DNA from: Rhodospirillaceae bacterium
GTDB lineage: Bacteria; Pseudomonadota; Alphaproteobacteria; CACIAM-22H2
Direction: 5' to 3'
DNA: 64,000 nucleotides
NCBI GenBank assembly: GCA_022843945.1
Contig: JALHMR010000002.1
Location: 72,073-136,072 of the forward strand
Shown here: positions 1-8,484 of the stretch, piece by piece
How the letters are laid out: every line of letters starts with the position of its first letter
Numbering within the stretch: position 1 is the first letter of the stretch
The notes under the pieces: model-generated
Told to the model about the DNA's origin: nothing
Databases searched by the model: none
The model's input: the letters and a program-made list of their open reading frames with translations, nothing else
Program-made: the position numbers and the translations under genes

Positions 1-977
1 TCCACGCCGTCATAGGTGAATGCCGTTCCACCAGTCGTCGACGTGGCGTAGTCCGTCGTCGCGGTCGCCGATTCCCGATTGTGCGTGTCTGAGCGAAACA
101 CCACGAATACGATGTCAGCCTGGGCGTCGTAACGAGCCAGAAACGCCTCCAAACGGTGGTTTCGTGGCGCCATGATCGTCGAATCTGCCACCTCCTGCGC
201 GAGGGCGTTGTCCTCATTGGCGGATAGCGTCGCGTCAAAAATCGAGATAAAGCGGATCTGCCGGTCCCAATCATTCTGCCGCAGCAGGTCTTCTGCCATC
301 GTCAGCAGGCTGCGTACGCACGAGACTGACGCGCGGTGATAGCGGGCGCGGTCTGCCATGACGGGATCGATAACGAAATCACCCTCAATGGTCTCAATCC
401 CCGGATTTGCCGCGAGGGCGATGGTGTAGGGCCGATGCTTGGGCCAGCCTGAATACAGGGTGCGTGCTGTCTGCGGGGGGCCGGCGTTGACGTCTATCGG
501 GACAGGATTGCTTGTCCAGTTTGCCGAGCGCAGAGACACGACATTGCGTCCGAGCGGGATCTCGCTTGGCAGCGCCGTCAGAAATACGCAATGCGGCCGG
601 ACCATGTCCGGATCGACGGCGACCGTCATCGTGTCGCTGTCGAAGACGATCTCCACGTCAGGGGGGATATCGACGCCGCCGATGCTGTAAAAATCGCCGT
701 GAATGGCGGGCCCGACGGGGGAGATATCGAAGGCGCCAACCGTTACTTGCTCAATCTCCCAATTCGAATTGTATCGAGCTTCGATCGGGTAGCCGCTGAT
801 AAAGGCGCTGACGAGAAGATTCGCCATGACGGCCTTGCAGTGGAGAGTCGGTTCGCGGTCAACCGATCGGAACGCAATGAAGACGGCCCTATCGGCCAGC
901 GGCGGCGCCGCGATCGTCGCGACGACGGTATCGCCGATCCAGCTGATCAGTTGAACGGTTCCGGTCGACGTCGCCAT
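1..977 (-). CDS. Hypothetical protein, cut at the C-terminus by the window edge. It starts MATSTGTVQLISWIGD and no family was recognised.
   Basis: Continuous minus-strand reading frame from the ATG (complement of 975-977) to position 1 with no stop. It is absent from the ORF track only because it runs off the edge. GC3-rich codon usage typical of the host. Confidence 0.45.
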   Translation of the reverse strand, partial: MATSTGTVQLISWIGDTVVATIAAPPLADRAVFIAFRSVDREPTLHCKAVMANLLVSAFISGYPIEARYNSNWEIEQVTVGAFDISPVGPAIHGDFYSIGGVDIPPDVEIVFDSDTMTVAVDPDMVRPHCVFLTALPSEIPLGRNVVSLRSANWTSNPVPIDVNAGPPQTARTLYSGWPKHRPYTIALAANPGIETIEGDFVIDPVMADRARYHRASVSCVRSLLTMAEDLLRQNDWDRQIRFISIFDATLSANEDNALAQEVADSTIMAPRNHRLEAFLARYDAQADIVFVVFRSDTHNRESATATTDYATSTTGGTAFTYDGV

Positions 978-987
978 GGCGCGCGGG

Positions 988-1251
988 TTACGTCGGGCTG
1001 AGGCGCAGGCTGGTGATGCGCGCATCGTCGTCTGCATGGACGGCGACGACCTCGTGTCGGCTGACCTGGGCGGCGACCAGGGCGCTGATCATGGTGTTCC
1101 TCAGCGCGTCGACGGACATGGCCTCGTTTTCGCCGCCAGGCGCAACCAGCAGCAATTCGGCGATGGCGGGCGTCGGCCCGATCCAGACGCAGGCCATTGA
1201 ATCGCTGGGTATGACGGTCAGCCTCTGCACAAGCCCCGTGGTTTCCGTCAT
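988..1251 (-). CDS. Small hypothetical protein (87 aa)
   Basis: ORF in the track. High GC3 codon usage. Its stop lies 11 bp upstream of the start of the next minus-strand gene, so the two are probably co-transcribed. No recognisable motif. Confidence 0.3.
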   Translation of the reverse strand: MTETTGLVQRLTVIPSDSMACVWIGPTPAIAELLLVAPGGENEAMSVDALRNTMISALVAAQVSRHEVVAVHADDDARITSLRLSPT

Positions 1252-1271
1252 GACGCCCCCCTTGAATGGCT

Positions 1272-1646
1272 TTAGAGCGGTTCTTTAAGGATGCCCAGTG
1301 CCAGGGCGAGATCGCTGGCGTAGCGGAGGTCGCCGCGCACCCGAAACCCGCCCGCCAGAAAGTTCTTTCGCGCGTCTTTGGTGCCTGAAAGCACGGCGCT
1401 GATCTGCCGCGCCTTGCCGATGATCTCGATGGTGGGCGTGGCGGTCCCGGTCGCGGTGCGCTTCGCGAGCCGCACGCGCTTCTTGGAGCATTCCAGGAAA
1501 TACTCGCCCTTCTCGGTGCCGGTCGCCCGCACGAGGATTGTTCCCTGACGAACGATGGGGCGGCCTGCGAGGCGGCGAGTGAGTTGTTCGAGCGCACGCT
1601 CGAGAGGGGATAGGACCGTCGCCCGCGCGGGCTTCTTTGCAGCCAT
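1272..1646 (-). CDS. SCP2 (sterol carrier protein 2-like) lipid-binding domain protein
   Basis: The C-terminal GDLRYASDLALALGILKEPL motif and overall composition are typical of SCP-2 sterol-transfer domains. The ATG at 1646 is preceded by a GAGGGG RBS-like stretch; the track's GTG at 1652 is the alternative start. Confidence 0.55.
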   Translation of the reverse strand: MAAKKPARATVLSPLERALEQLTRRLAGRPIVRQGTILVRATGTEKGEYFLECSKKRVRLAKRTATGTATPTIEIIGKARQISAVLSGTKDARKNFLAGGFRVRGDLRYASDLALALGILKEPL

Positions 1647-1733
1647 TGTCACCCCCTCGTCCGGAGGGTACAGACTATATCAACTCGCGTTCAGGCCAAA
1701 GCAGGACACCGCCATCGCGGCATCGACGACGCG

Positions 1734-2681
1734 TCAGAGGTTCGTATAGGGGTTCGGGCGCATCATGCGATAGCCCTTGATCAGCTCGGCAATGCCCCGG
1801 TCCAGCGAGAACTCCGGCTTGTAGCCGGTGCGCTCGACGCGCTCGTTGGAGACGATGTAGTCGCGCTTGTCGGGGTCCTCGCCGATCGGGGCTTCCTGGA
1901 AGACGAAACTGGGAAGGTGCTTCTGAATCACCTGGCAGAGCTCCCATTTGGAGATGTTCGCGTCGGACAGGCCGACGTTGAATACGCCCTGCTGCTTCAT
2001 GGTGTCGAACTTGTCGATGCCGTGATGGAAGGCGCGCGCGATGTCGCGGACATGGATGTAGTTGCGCTTGAAGTGCGGCTCGAAGAGCATCACCGCACGG
2101 TCGGTGATGGCGCGGTAGACGAAATCGTTGACCAGCAGATCCATGCGCATGCGGGGGCTCATGCCGAACACCGTGGCCAGGCGGAAGCTGATGCCGTTGC
2201 CGCGATCGAGCACGATCTTCTCGGCATCCATCTTGGTGACGCCGTAGAGCGAAATCGGGTTGATCGGCGTCTCCTCGGTGCAGTGCTTGTCCTTTTGACC
2301 CACACCGTAGCCGCTGTTGGTCGTCGGGATGAGGATACGCTGGTTCATCGAGCTGAGCTTGGCCAGCGTCGCCACCGCGTCGCGGTTGGTGGTAATGCAG
2401 GCGGCCTGGTCGGAGTTGCAGGCCGGCGCGCCGACGATCGCCGCCATCGGGATGGCGATGTCCGCCTTGGCCAGCAGCGGCTTGAGGACCTTCTCGTCGC
2501 GGCAGTCGCCGCGCACCACGTCGAAGTTGGGATCGGCACAGAGCTGGTTGAGCGAGTTCTGGCGGTGCATGAAGTTGTCGAGCACCGTGACCTTGTGGCC
2601 GGCGGCCAGCAGGTGCGGCGTCAGGACCGAGCCGAGGTAGCCGGCGCCGCCGGTGATGAGAATCGAGTAGCTCTGGGCCAT
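1734..2681 (-). CDS. NAD-dependent epimerase/dehydratase (extended SDR, nucleotide-sugar modifying)
   Basis: N-terminal ILITGGAGYLGS Rossmann motif followed by an SDR YxxxK-type core. The true start is the internal Met (MAQSYSILITGG) at 2681; the 42 aa the track places upstream of it are GC-rich read-through. A 19-bp gap separates it from the upstream dehydratase gene. Confidence 0.85.
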   Translation of the reverse strand: MAQSYSILITGGAGYLGSVLTPHLLAAGHKVTVLDNFMHRQNSLNQLCADPNFDVVRGDCRDEKVLKPLLAKADIAIPMAAIVGAPACNSDQAACITTNRDAVATLAKLSSMNQRILIPTTNSGYGVGQKDKHCTEETPINPISLYGVTKMDAEKIVLDRGNGISFRLATVFGMSPRMRMDLLVNDFVYRAITDRAVMLFEPHFKRNYIHVRDIARAFHHGIDKFDTMKQQGVFNVGLSDANISKWELCQVIQKHLPSFVFQEAPIGEDPDKRDYIVSNERVERTGYKPEFSLDRGIAELIKGYRMMRPNPYTNL

Positions 2682-2700
2682 GGCTTGAGTTCCGGAGTGT

Positions 2701-3873
2701 TCAGTTGCAGGCGCGGTCGAGCACTTCGCGCAGGGTGTCGATCTGCTTCGACAGATCCACGGGCGCGTTGCCGACGAAGAAGCCGTAGTCGTGGGCGATG
2801 TCGGCATTGGGCGTCGACCCGCCGACGATCTCGTAGTCGTAGTACTTGATCACGTCATGGCGCAGGAAATTGCCGCCGGTGATGATGCGATAGCCGATAT
2901 CCGCCTTCTTCAGCGCCTCGAACACGCGCTTGCGGTTCAGGTTGCGCTTGGGGTTGAGGATAATGGTGAACGAGAAGCTCGAGCTCTTGCCGTTCTCGCG
3001 CTGGATGATGAATCGATCATCACCAGAGAACAATTTCTGGAAGCGCGCCATGTTGGTGCGGCGCTGGGCGGTCATGGCCGGCAGTTTCTTGATCTGCTCC
3101 AGGCCGACCGCACCCGAGAGCTCGATGGGCCGCACGTTGTAGCCGGGCAGGATGAAGCGGTAGGCCTCGTAGAAGTCGCTGTCCTTCTTCTCGAAGATCT
3201 CGGTGTCGGCCGGCACGTCGCGCGTCCAGCCGTGGTTGCGCATGGCGCGCAGGATATGGAAGAGCTCCTTGTCGTCGGTCAGGACGATGCCGCCTTCCAT
3301 GGTCGAGATGTGGTGCGAGAAGAAGAAACTGTAGGTGTTGAGGTGGCCGAAGGTGCCGGTCTTGCGGCCGCCGATCTCGGCGTCCATCGACTCGCAGTTG
3401 TCCTCCATGAAGTAGAGGCCGTGCTTGTCGGCAAGCTTGCGCATGGCGTCGACCGCCGCCGGGTTGCCGAGGATGCTGACCGCGACGATCATGCGGGTGC
3501 GCGGCCCGATGGCCTTCTCGATCAGCGACATGTCGGCGTTGAGCGTCTCGAGCTCGACATCGACGAATTTGAGCTTGAGCCCGTACTGGTGGAGCGGGTG
3601 GTAGGTCGTGGCCCAGGAGATGGCCGGCACGATGACCTCGTCGCCGCGCTGCAGCGGCCGGTCCTTCTTGTAGAACAGGCTGGCCACGGCCACGAGATTG
3701 GCCGACGAGCCCGAGTTGACCATGACGCCGTACTTCATGCCGAAGTACTTGGCGAACTGCTCCTCGAACCGGGCCACGTTCTCGCCCATGGTGAACATGC
3801 CGCTGTCGACGACACGTTCGATAGCCTTGATCTCCTCCGGCCCCCAGGACGGTGCGGCGAGCGAATAGAACAT
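2701..3873 (-). CDS. DegT/DnrJ/EryC1/StrS-family PLP enzyme; CDP-6-deoxy-D-xylo-4-hexulose-3-dehydrase (RfbH/DdhC, E1)-like
   Basis: Sugar-aminotransferase fold motifs (VNSGSSANLVAV, FHILRAMRNHGW). The C-terminal GNFLRHDVIKYYDYEIVG segment is characteristic of RfbH/DdhC-type 3-dehydrases. Start taken at the internal Met (MFYSLAAPSWG) at 3873; the 101-aa leader in the track is a spurious Arg/Pro-rich GC artefact. Confidence 0.8.
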   Translation of the reverse strand: MFYSLAAPSWGPEEIKAIERVVDSGMFTMGENVARFEEQFAKYFGMKYGVMVNSGSSANLVAVASLFYKKDRPLQRGDEVIVPAISWATTYHPLHQYGLKLKFVDVELETLNADMSLIEKAIGPRTRMIVAVSILGNPAAVDAMRKLADKHGLYFMEDNCESMDAEIGGRKTGTFGHLNTYSFFFSHHISTMEGGIVLTDDKELFHILRAMRNHGWTRDVPADTEIFEKKDSDFYEAYRFILPGYNVRPIELSGAVGLEQIKKLPAMTAQRRTNMARFQKLFSGDDRFIIQRENGKSSSFSFTIILNPKRNLNRKRVFEALKKADIGYRIITGGNFLRHDVIKYYDYEIVGGSTPNADIAHDYGFFVGNAPVDLSKQIDTLREVLDRACN

Positions 3874-3907
3874 CGTTACCCCTGAAAATTTGGCCGGCGG
3901 CGGCGCC

Positions 3908-5014
3908 TCAGAACGGTCCGCGGAACTGGCGCTGATAGGCCAGCACGGCGCGCTCGGGATCGGGCGTCCATTCGCCGGCCTTGGGCCTGACCATCTTGTG
4001 CGCGGCCTGCGCAATGCGGGCCGGGTTGGGATAGAACTGGTCCTCGATCGAGGGCGAGGTCGGGCAGATCGTCGGCGCGAAGCCCATGCGCTCCACCTGG
4101 AACTTGCCTTCGGGCCCGAGGGCCTCGGCGACGCGCGCCGCGATCTCGGCGCCGGCGCCGCACATCGTCCAGCCATTGTCGACGACGATCAGGCGGCGCG
4201 TCTTCTTGACCGACTTGACGATGGTGTCGGTGTCGAGCGGCGAGAGCCAGATCGGGTCGATGATCTCGGCCGAGACGCCGGCATCGGCGAGCAGCTCGCG
4301 CCCCCGCAGGCATTCGACCAGCATGTTGGAGATGCCGACCAGCGTCACGTCGTCGCCGGGCATGACCACGCGCGACTTGCCCGGCGGCAGCTCGAACTGC
4401 TCCTCCGGCACGTAGGCCTCGGTCGGGTAGAGCAGGCGATGCTCGACGAACATCACCGGATTGTCGTCGCGGATGGCCGAGAGCATGCAGCCCTTGGCGT
4501 CGTGGGCGTTGGACGGCGCCACGACCTTGAGGCCGGGGAAATGCATGAAGGTGGAGTAGAGACCCTGGCTGTGCTGCGGGCCCTGGCCCCAGGACTTGCC
4601 GATGATCGAGCGCACGACCAACGGCACCTTGATATTGCCGCCGTACATGTAGTGCGCCTTGGCCGCCATGTTGATGAGCTGGTTCATGCTCAACATGAGG
4701 AAGTCCATGCGGATATGCACATGGATCGGGCGCAGGCCGGCCATCGCGGCGCCGATCGCCGCACCGGTCATCGCGTCCTCGGCCAGCGGCGTCGTAAAGA
4801 TGCGGTCGGGGCCGAACTTCTGAAGGAGGCCGCGGGTCGAGCCCTGAAGCGCCTTGTGGTCGTCGACGTCGAGGCCCATGACGAAGACCTTGTCGTCGCG
4901 CTCCATCTCCTGCTCGACCGCCTCTTTCAACGCGTCGACATAGCGCAGCACGCGGCCGCCGGTATTGCCGGCGGCGTCGGGCGCGGGCTTGGTGGCCGTC
5001 TTAAGCGTAGACAT
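3908..5014 (-). CDS. Thiamine-diphosphate-dependent dehydrogenase E1 component, beta subunit (transketolase C-terminal-like)
   Basis: Pyrimidine-binding and C-terminal transketolase-like domains of 2-oxoacid dehydrogenase E1-beta proteins. Overlaps the E1-alpha gene by 14 bp. Confidence 0.8.
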   Translation of the reverse strand: MSTLKTATKPAPDAAGNTGGRVLRYVDALKEAVEQEMERDDKVFVMGLDVDDHKALQGSTRGLLQKFGPDRIFTTPLAEDAMTGAAIGAAMAGLRPIHVHIRMDFLMLSMNQLINMAAKAHYMYGGNIKVPLVVRSIIGKSWGQGPQHSQGLYSTFMHFPGLKVVAPSNAHDAKGCMLSAIRDDNPVMFVEHRLLYPTEAYVPEEQFELPPGKSRVVMPGDDVTLVGISNMLVECLRGRELLADAGVSAEIIDPIWLSPLDTDTIVKSVKKTRRLIVVDNGWTMCGAGAEIAARVAEALGPEGKFQVERMGFAPTICPTSPSIEDQFYPNPARIAQAAHKMVRPKAGEWTPDPERAVLAYQRQFRGPF

Positions 5015-5960
5015 GGGTGTAGAGCTCTTTGGCGGCCGGGAAGGGGCTCTTCTCGGCGAACGCGATGGCGGCGGCGACGTCCTTCTCGACCTGGGCGTCG
5101 ATGGCGGCGCGCTCGTCGGGATCGAGCATCGCCGCGACGCGCGGGATCTGGTCGTTGTCGACCCACGGCTTCAGATCGTCGGTCGAGCGATAGCCGGAAT
5201 CGTAATCGTTGGCCGGACCCACGTGTTCACGCCAACGATAAGTATGGCACTCGATGAAGATCGGACCGTACTCGCCGCGCCGCATCTTGGGCAGCGCGTC
5301 CATCATGATGTTGCGGATCTTGAAGACGTCGGCGTCGGTCACCCGGTAGGCGGGGATGCCGTAGGTCTGCACGCGCTCGCAGATCGCGTCGGGCACCGCC
5401 TGGCGGCGAGCGATCGGCGTATGGATGGCGAAGAAATTGTTCTCGAGCACGAAGACCACGGGCAGGCGCTTGAGCGCCGCGAAATTCAGGCTCTCGTGGA
5501 AGACGCCTTCTTCCGTCGCGCCGTCGCCCATGAAGCTGGCGATGACCCGGCCCTTGCCCTCGCGCTTGAGGGCGAGGGCATAGCCCAGCGCGATCGGCAC
5601 GGTCGTGCCGACCACGGCCGATGAGCCGACGACGTTGTTCTGGATGTCACAGAGATGCATGGACCCGCCCTTGCCGCGGGTGCAACCGGTGTCCTTGCCG
5701 TAGAGCTCGGCCATCAGGCCGTTGATGTCGCCGCCCTTGGCGATATACGTCGCATGACCACGATAAGTGCCGCCGGCAAGATCATCCTTGTTCAGCGCGT
5801 CGCAGACGCCGACGGCGACCGATTCCTGGCCGATCGACAGGTGGACGGGGCTCTTGATCTTGTCTTCGGGGTAGATGCGCGCGACCTCTTCTTCGAAGCG
5901 CCGGATCAGGCGGAGAGAGGCATAGACGCGGCGGATGGTCTGGGTGTCAGCTTCGGGCAT
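5001..5960 (-). CDS. Thiamine-diphosphate-dependent dehydrogenase E1 component, alpha subunit
   Basis: GDGATEEG...NN ThDP-binding motif and E1-alpha fold (pyruvate/acetoin dehydrogenase-like). First gene of a minus-strand operon running through the dehydratase and epimerase. Confidence 0.8.
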   Translation of the reverse strand: MPEADTQTIRRVYASLRLIRRFEEEVARIYPEDKIKSPVHLSIGQESVAVGVCDALNKDDLAGGTYRGHATYIAKGGDINGLMAELYGKDTGCTRGKGGSMHLCDIQNNVVGSSAVVGTTVPIALGYALALKREGKGRVIASFMGDGATEEGVFHESLNFAALKRLPVVFVLENNFFAIHTPIARRQAVPDAICERVQTYGIPAYRVTDADVFKIRNIMMDALPKMRRGEYGPIFIECHTYRWREHVGPANDYDSGYRSTDDLKPWVDNDQIPRVAAMLDPDERAAIDAQVEKDVAAAIAFAEKSPFPAAKELYTHVYA

Positions 5961-6020
5961 GAGCGACCTGAACTAGAGAATCCGACGGCGCCGGAATCAT
6001 CCGTCGCCATAATGGATTAT

Positions 6021-6091
6021 AGGGTTAACAGGTCAACAAAACCCTAAAGTGCCTAAAAACCGCGTGGGTTTTAGTGGTATTATTATACCAC
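6021..6091. promoter_or_regulatory. AT-rich promoter/operator region upstream of the E1-alpha operon, containing two palindromes
   Basis: Local GC drops sharply here. Inverted repeat AGGGTT-N13-AACCCT at 6021-6045. Palindrome GTGGTAT-tatt-ATACCAC at 6074-6091. Both lie within about 140 bp upstream of the start at 5960. Confidence 0.35.
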
Positions 6092-6161
6092 AATTGTCCA
6101 ATGGGATGACACGACCACGCCATCCCCGGTTACCGGATGGCCTGGAGCCTCCCCCGGGCAC

Positions 6162-6623
6162 TCAGTCGAGTTCGGCCACGACCAGTACGACGCCCTGAAT
6201 CTCGGCGCTGTACAAGCCGGTCGGCCCGAGCACCGTAACCTTGCCGGTGACGCTCTTCGTGCCGGTTGTCGTCCATTTGCAACCGGGCTTGAGCACGAAC
6301 GTCGTCAGAGAACTTTGACTGAAAGCGGGGTTGTTGTGCTCTGCCTTGGCGTGGTCGGCAACCTCGAGCGTCGCGTCAAAGCGGTGGTTTACCCGCTCGA
6401 TGTTGAGAATCGTGAAGAGAAACCGGATGTCGGTCGTCTGGCCAACCAGGACCTTCTCGCGCGTCGCGGTGAGATGGACATCGGTGAACTGGATGCTGGG
6501 CGGCCGGGGCCGCGGGTTCAGGATCTTCTCCAGTAGCCACAAGACCGCCATCCCGAGAAGCACGAGAACGCAGATCGCAACGATGGCGATAACGACGACG
6601 GCAGCGATTTCGATTGGAGTCAT
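6162..6623 (-). CDS. Hypothetical membrane-anchored protein (single N-terminal transmembrane helix)
   Basis: ORF with a hydrophobic N-terminus (IEIAAVVVIAIVAICVLVLLGMAVLWLL) followed by a soluble domain. No family recognised. Confidence 0.45.
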   Translation of the reverse strand: MTPIEIAAVVVIAIVAICVLVLLGMAVLWLLEKILNPRPRPPSIQFTDVHLTATREKVLVGQTTDIRFLFTILNIERVNHRFDATLEVADHAKAEHNNPAFSQSSLTTFVLKPGCKWTTTGTKSVTGKVTVLGPTGLYSAEIQGVVLVVAELD

Positions 6624-6728
6624 GTCACGAGGCCCCCCACCTGCGGAGTGATCACGACATTAGCGGTGCGAGTATACACGCAACGATTGCATGTGTGAAC
6701 GAGCGCCTGCAGGCCGCCACGACCGGGG

Positions 6729-7334
6729 CTAGCCCGCCTGGCGCCGAAAGAGCACCGACAGGTTATTGGCCGGCATCTCGACCACCTCGGCGAGATTGAA
6801 TCCGGCTTTTGCCGCCAGGGCCGAGACGTCCCCCAGGTCACGCACCCCCCAGGCCGGATCCCGGGCCCGCAGGCTGGCATCGAAGGCGGCATTGCTGGGG
6901 GCGGTGTGCCGTCCGTCGCGCTTGTAGGGCCCATAGAGGAAAAGCAGGCCGCCCGCCGGCAGGATTCGGGCGGCACCGGCCACCAGGCCCTCGGTCGCCG
7001 GCCATGGCGCGATATGAATCATGTTGATGCAAAGGACGGCATCGGCAGCACTCAGCGGCCAGGTTGACGAGGCCGCATCGAGGGCAAGCGGCGGCCGCAC
7101 GGTGTCTATGCCCGCCGTCCAGGCGGCGATGGAGACGCGAGAAGCCGGATCGGCATCGCTCGGTTGCCAGGCCAGCCGGGGAAACTGGGGAGCGAAGAAC
7201 GCGGCGTGCTCGCCGGTCCCGCTGGCGACTTCTAGCACGGTGCCCTGGCTCGGCAGCGTCCGGCGCAGGACCTCGAGAATCGGCTCGCGGTTGCGCTGCG
7301 TGGCCGGGGCGAACTGGCGGTCATCGTCTGACAT
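6729..7334 (-). CDS. SAM-dependent methyltransferase (DUF938-like)
   Basis: LEVASGTGEHAAFFA is a class I methyltransferase motif I. A DUF938-like RQFAPATQRNREPILEVL segment precedes it. Start chosen at Met (MSDDD) 7334; alternative starts at 7343 or 7373. Confidence 0.65.
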   Translation of the reverse strand: MSDDDRQFAPATQRNREPILEVLRRTLPSQGTVLEVASGTGEHAAFFAPQFPRLAWQPSDADPASRVSIAAWTAGIDTVRPPLALDAASSTWPLSAADAVLCINMIHIAPWPATEGLVAGAARILPAGGLLFLYGPYKRDGRHTAPSNAAFDASLRARDPAWGVRDLGDVSALAAKAGFNLAEVVEMPANNLSVLFRRQAG

Positions 7335-7369
7335 GGCCCGCATTATGCACGTCTGCTCCCTCAGGTGCC

Positions 7370-7603
7370 CCATGACCGACAGTCTGCCGAGTCTTGGCCA
7401 TAACGGCGGCCCGCCGCTGGAGGAACCGCCCCCGGATAGTGGGGGCGGCTGGAATGGCTATTGCTGGCGCCGGGCGCACCGTGCCGCCTGGAAAACGCCG
7501 GGACGCGAGATCGCGCTGCGCCGCCTGAAGCGCGCCGAAGAACTCGGCATGACCTATCGCGAATACACGGCCGTGATCCTCGATCGCGGGATATACCTTT
7601 GAC
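7370..7603 (+). CDS. Small hypothetical protein (77 aa) immediately upstream of the GH19 lysozyme-like gene
   Basis: The in-frame ATG at 7370 gives MTDSLPSLGHNGGPPLEEPP...AWKTPGREIALRRLKRAEELGMTYREYTAVILDRGIYL. It is the C-terminal part of the 7021..7602 frame in the track. GC3-rich; no known motif. Only about 35 bp of divergent spacer separates it from the methyltransferase gene, so the call is uncertain. Confidence 0.3.
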
Positions 7604-7663
7604 AGGGTTGTAGCCGACTACCCTGAGTTGTTAAGCTTCCGGCCGAACAACCGGAGCCTAGCC

Positions 7664-8437
7664 ATGTGCCTGAGAGGCGCGGTCGGCCGGGGTGCGGCAA
7701 ACGCCCGGCCCGACGTGACAGCGGTGCAGGCTCTTCTCAATCTCAATGGCGCCGATCCGCCTCTCGCGATCGATGGCCGCAGCGGTCCCAGTACGGTCCG
7801 TGCCATCCAGGCCTATCAGCGCGATGTGCTTGGCCAGGACCCGGCCAGCGGGATCATCGAACCGGACAGCGCCACCCTCGAGGCGTTGCGCCGCGGCATG
7901 CCGGCGGGACTCTCGCCGACCAAGCTGTGCGCCATCATGCCGGAATGCACGGCCGAGCGGGCCGAGCGCTACTTTCCCGGGCTGACCGAGACGATGCGGC
8001 AATACGCCATCGACACGCCCCATCGGGCCACGCATTTCCTGGCCCAGATCGGCCATGAGAGCGGCGGTTTCCGCTACGCCGAGGAACTGGCCAGCGGCGA
8101 AGCCTATGAGGGCCGCGCCGACCTCGGCAATACGGAGCCCGGCGACGGACGGCGCTTCAAGGGCCGCGGGCTCATTCAGCTCACCGGCCGCGCCAACTAT
8201 CGGGCTTACGGGCGCGCCATCGGCCGGGACCTGACCGTCGGGGGCAACTGGGAGCAGGTGGCGGCGGATCCGGCTCTCTGTGTCGGCGTCGCCGGCTGGT
8301 ACTGGGCCAACCGCAAGATCAACGCGCTGGCCGATCGCGACGATCTCGAGGCAGTGACGCGGGCGATCAATGGCGGCCTCAACGGCCTCGCTGACCGCCA
8401 GGCGAAGCTCGAACGGGCAAGGTTTTTCCTTGGGTAG
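7664..8437 (+). CDS. Glycoside hydrolase family 19 (chitinase/lysozyme-like) with an N-terminal peptidoglycan-binding domain; endolysin-like
   Basis: HFLAQIGHESGGFRYAEE and GRGLIQLTGRANY are GH19 catalytic-region motifs. The N-terminal VQALLNLNG...VRAIQAYQ matches the PG_binding_1 repeat. No signal peptide. ATG 7664 lies 8 nt downstream of GGAG. Confidence 0.8.
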   Translation: MCLRGAVGRGAANARPDVTAVQALLNLNGADPPLAIDGRSGPSTVRAIQAYQRDVLGQDPASGIIEPDSATLEALRRGMPAGLSPTKLCAIMPECTAERAERYFPGLTETMRQYAIDTPHRATHFLAQIGHESGGFRYAEELASGEAYEGRADLGNTEPGDGRRFKGRGLIQLTGRANYRAYGRAIGRDLTVGGNWEQVAADPALCVGVAGWYWANRKINALADRDDLEAVTRAINGGLNGLADRQAKLERARFFLG

Positions 8438-8484
8438 CGCTCATGGTCGCCGCCGCGCGACCACGCCTGTGCTATGAAGCGACA

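Noticed and set aside
591-1001. Plus-strand ORFs at the left edge (439-690, 512-799, 591-1001)
   Set aside because: They overlap the better-supported minus-strand frame 1-977, which has host-like codon usage and a proper ATG. The plus-strand translations are low-complexity.
2791-5257. Long antisense ORFs (2791-3885 +, 3890-5257 +, and similar ones at 9813-11624 +, 15592-17229 -, 24162-25775 -, 58355-59692 +)
   Set aside because: They lie opposite well-supported genes and have Arg/Ala/Gly-rich low-complexity translations. These are typical artefacts of stop-codon-poor high-GC DNA.
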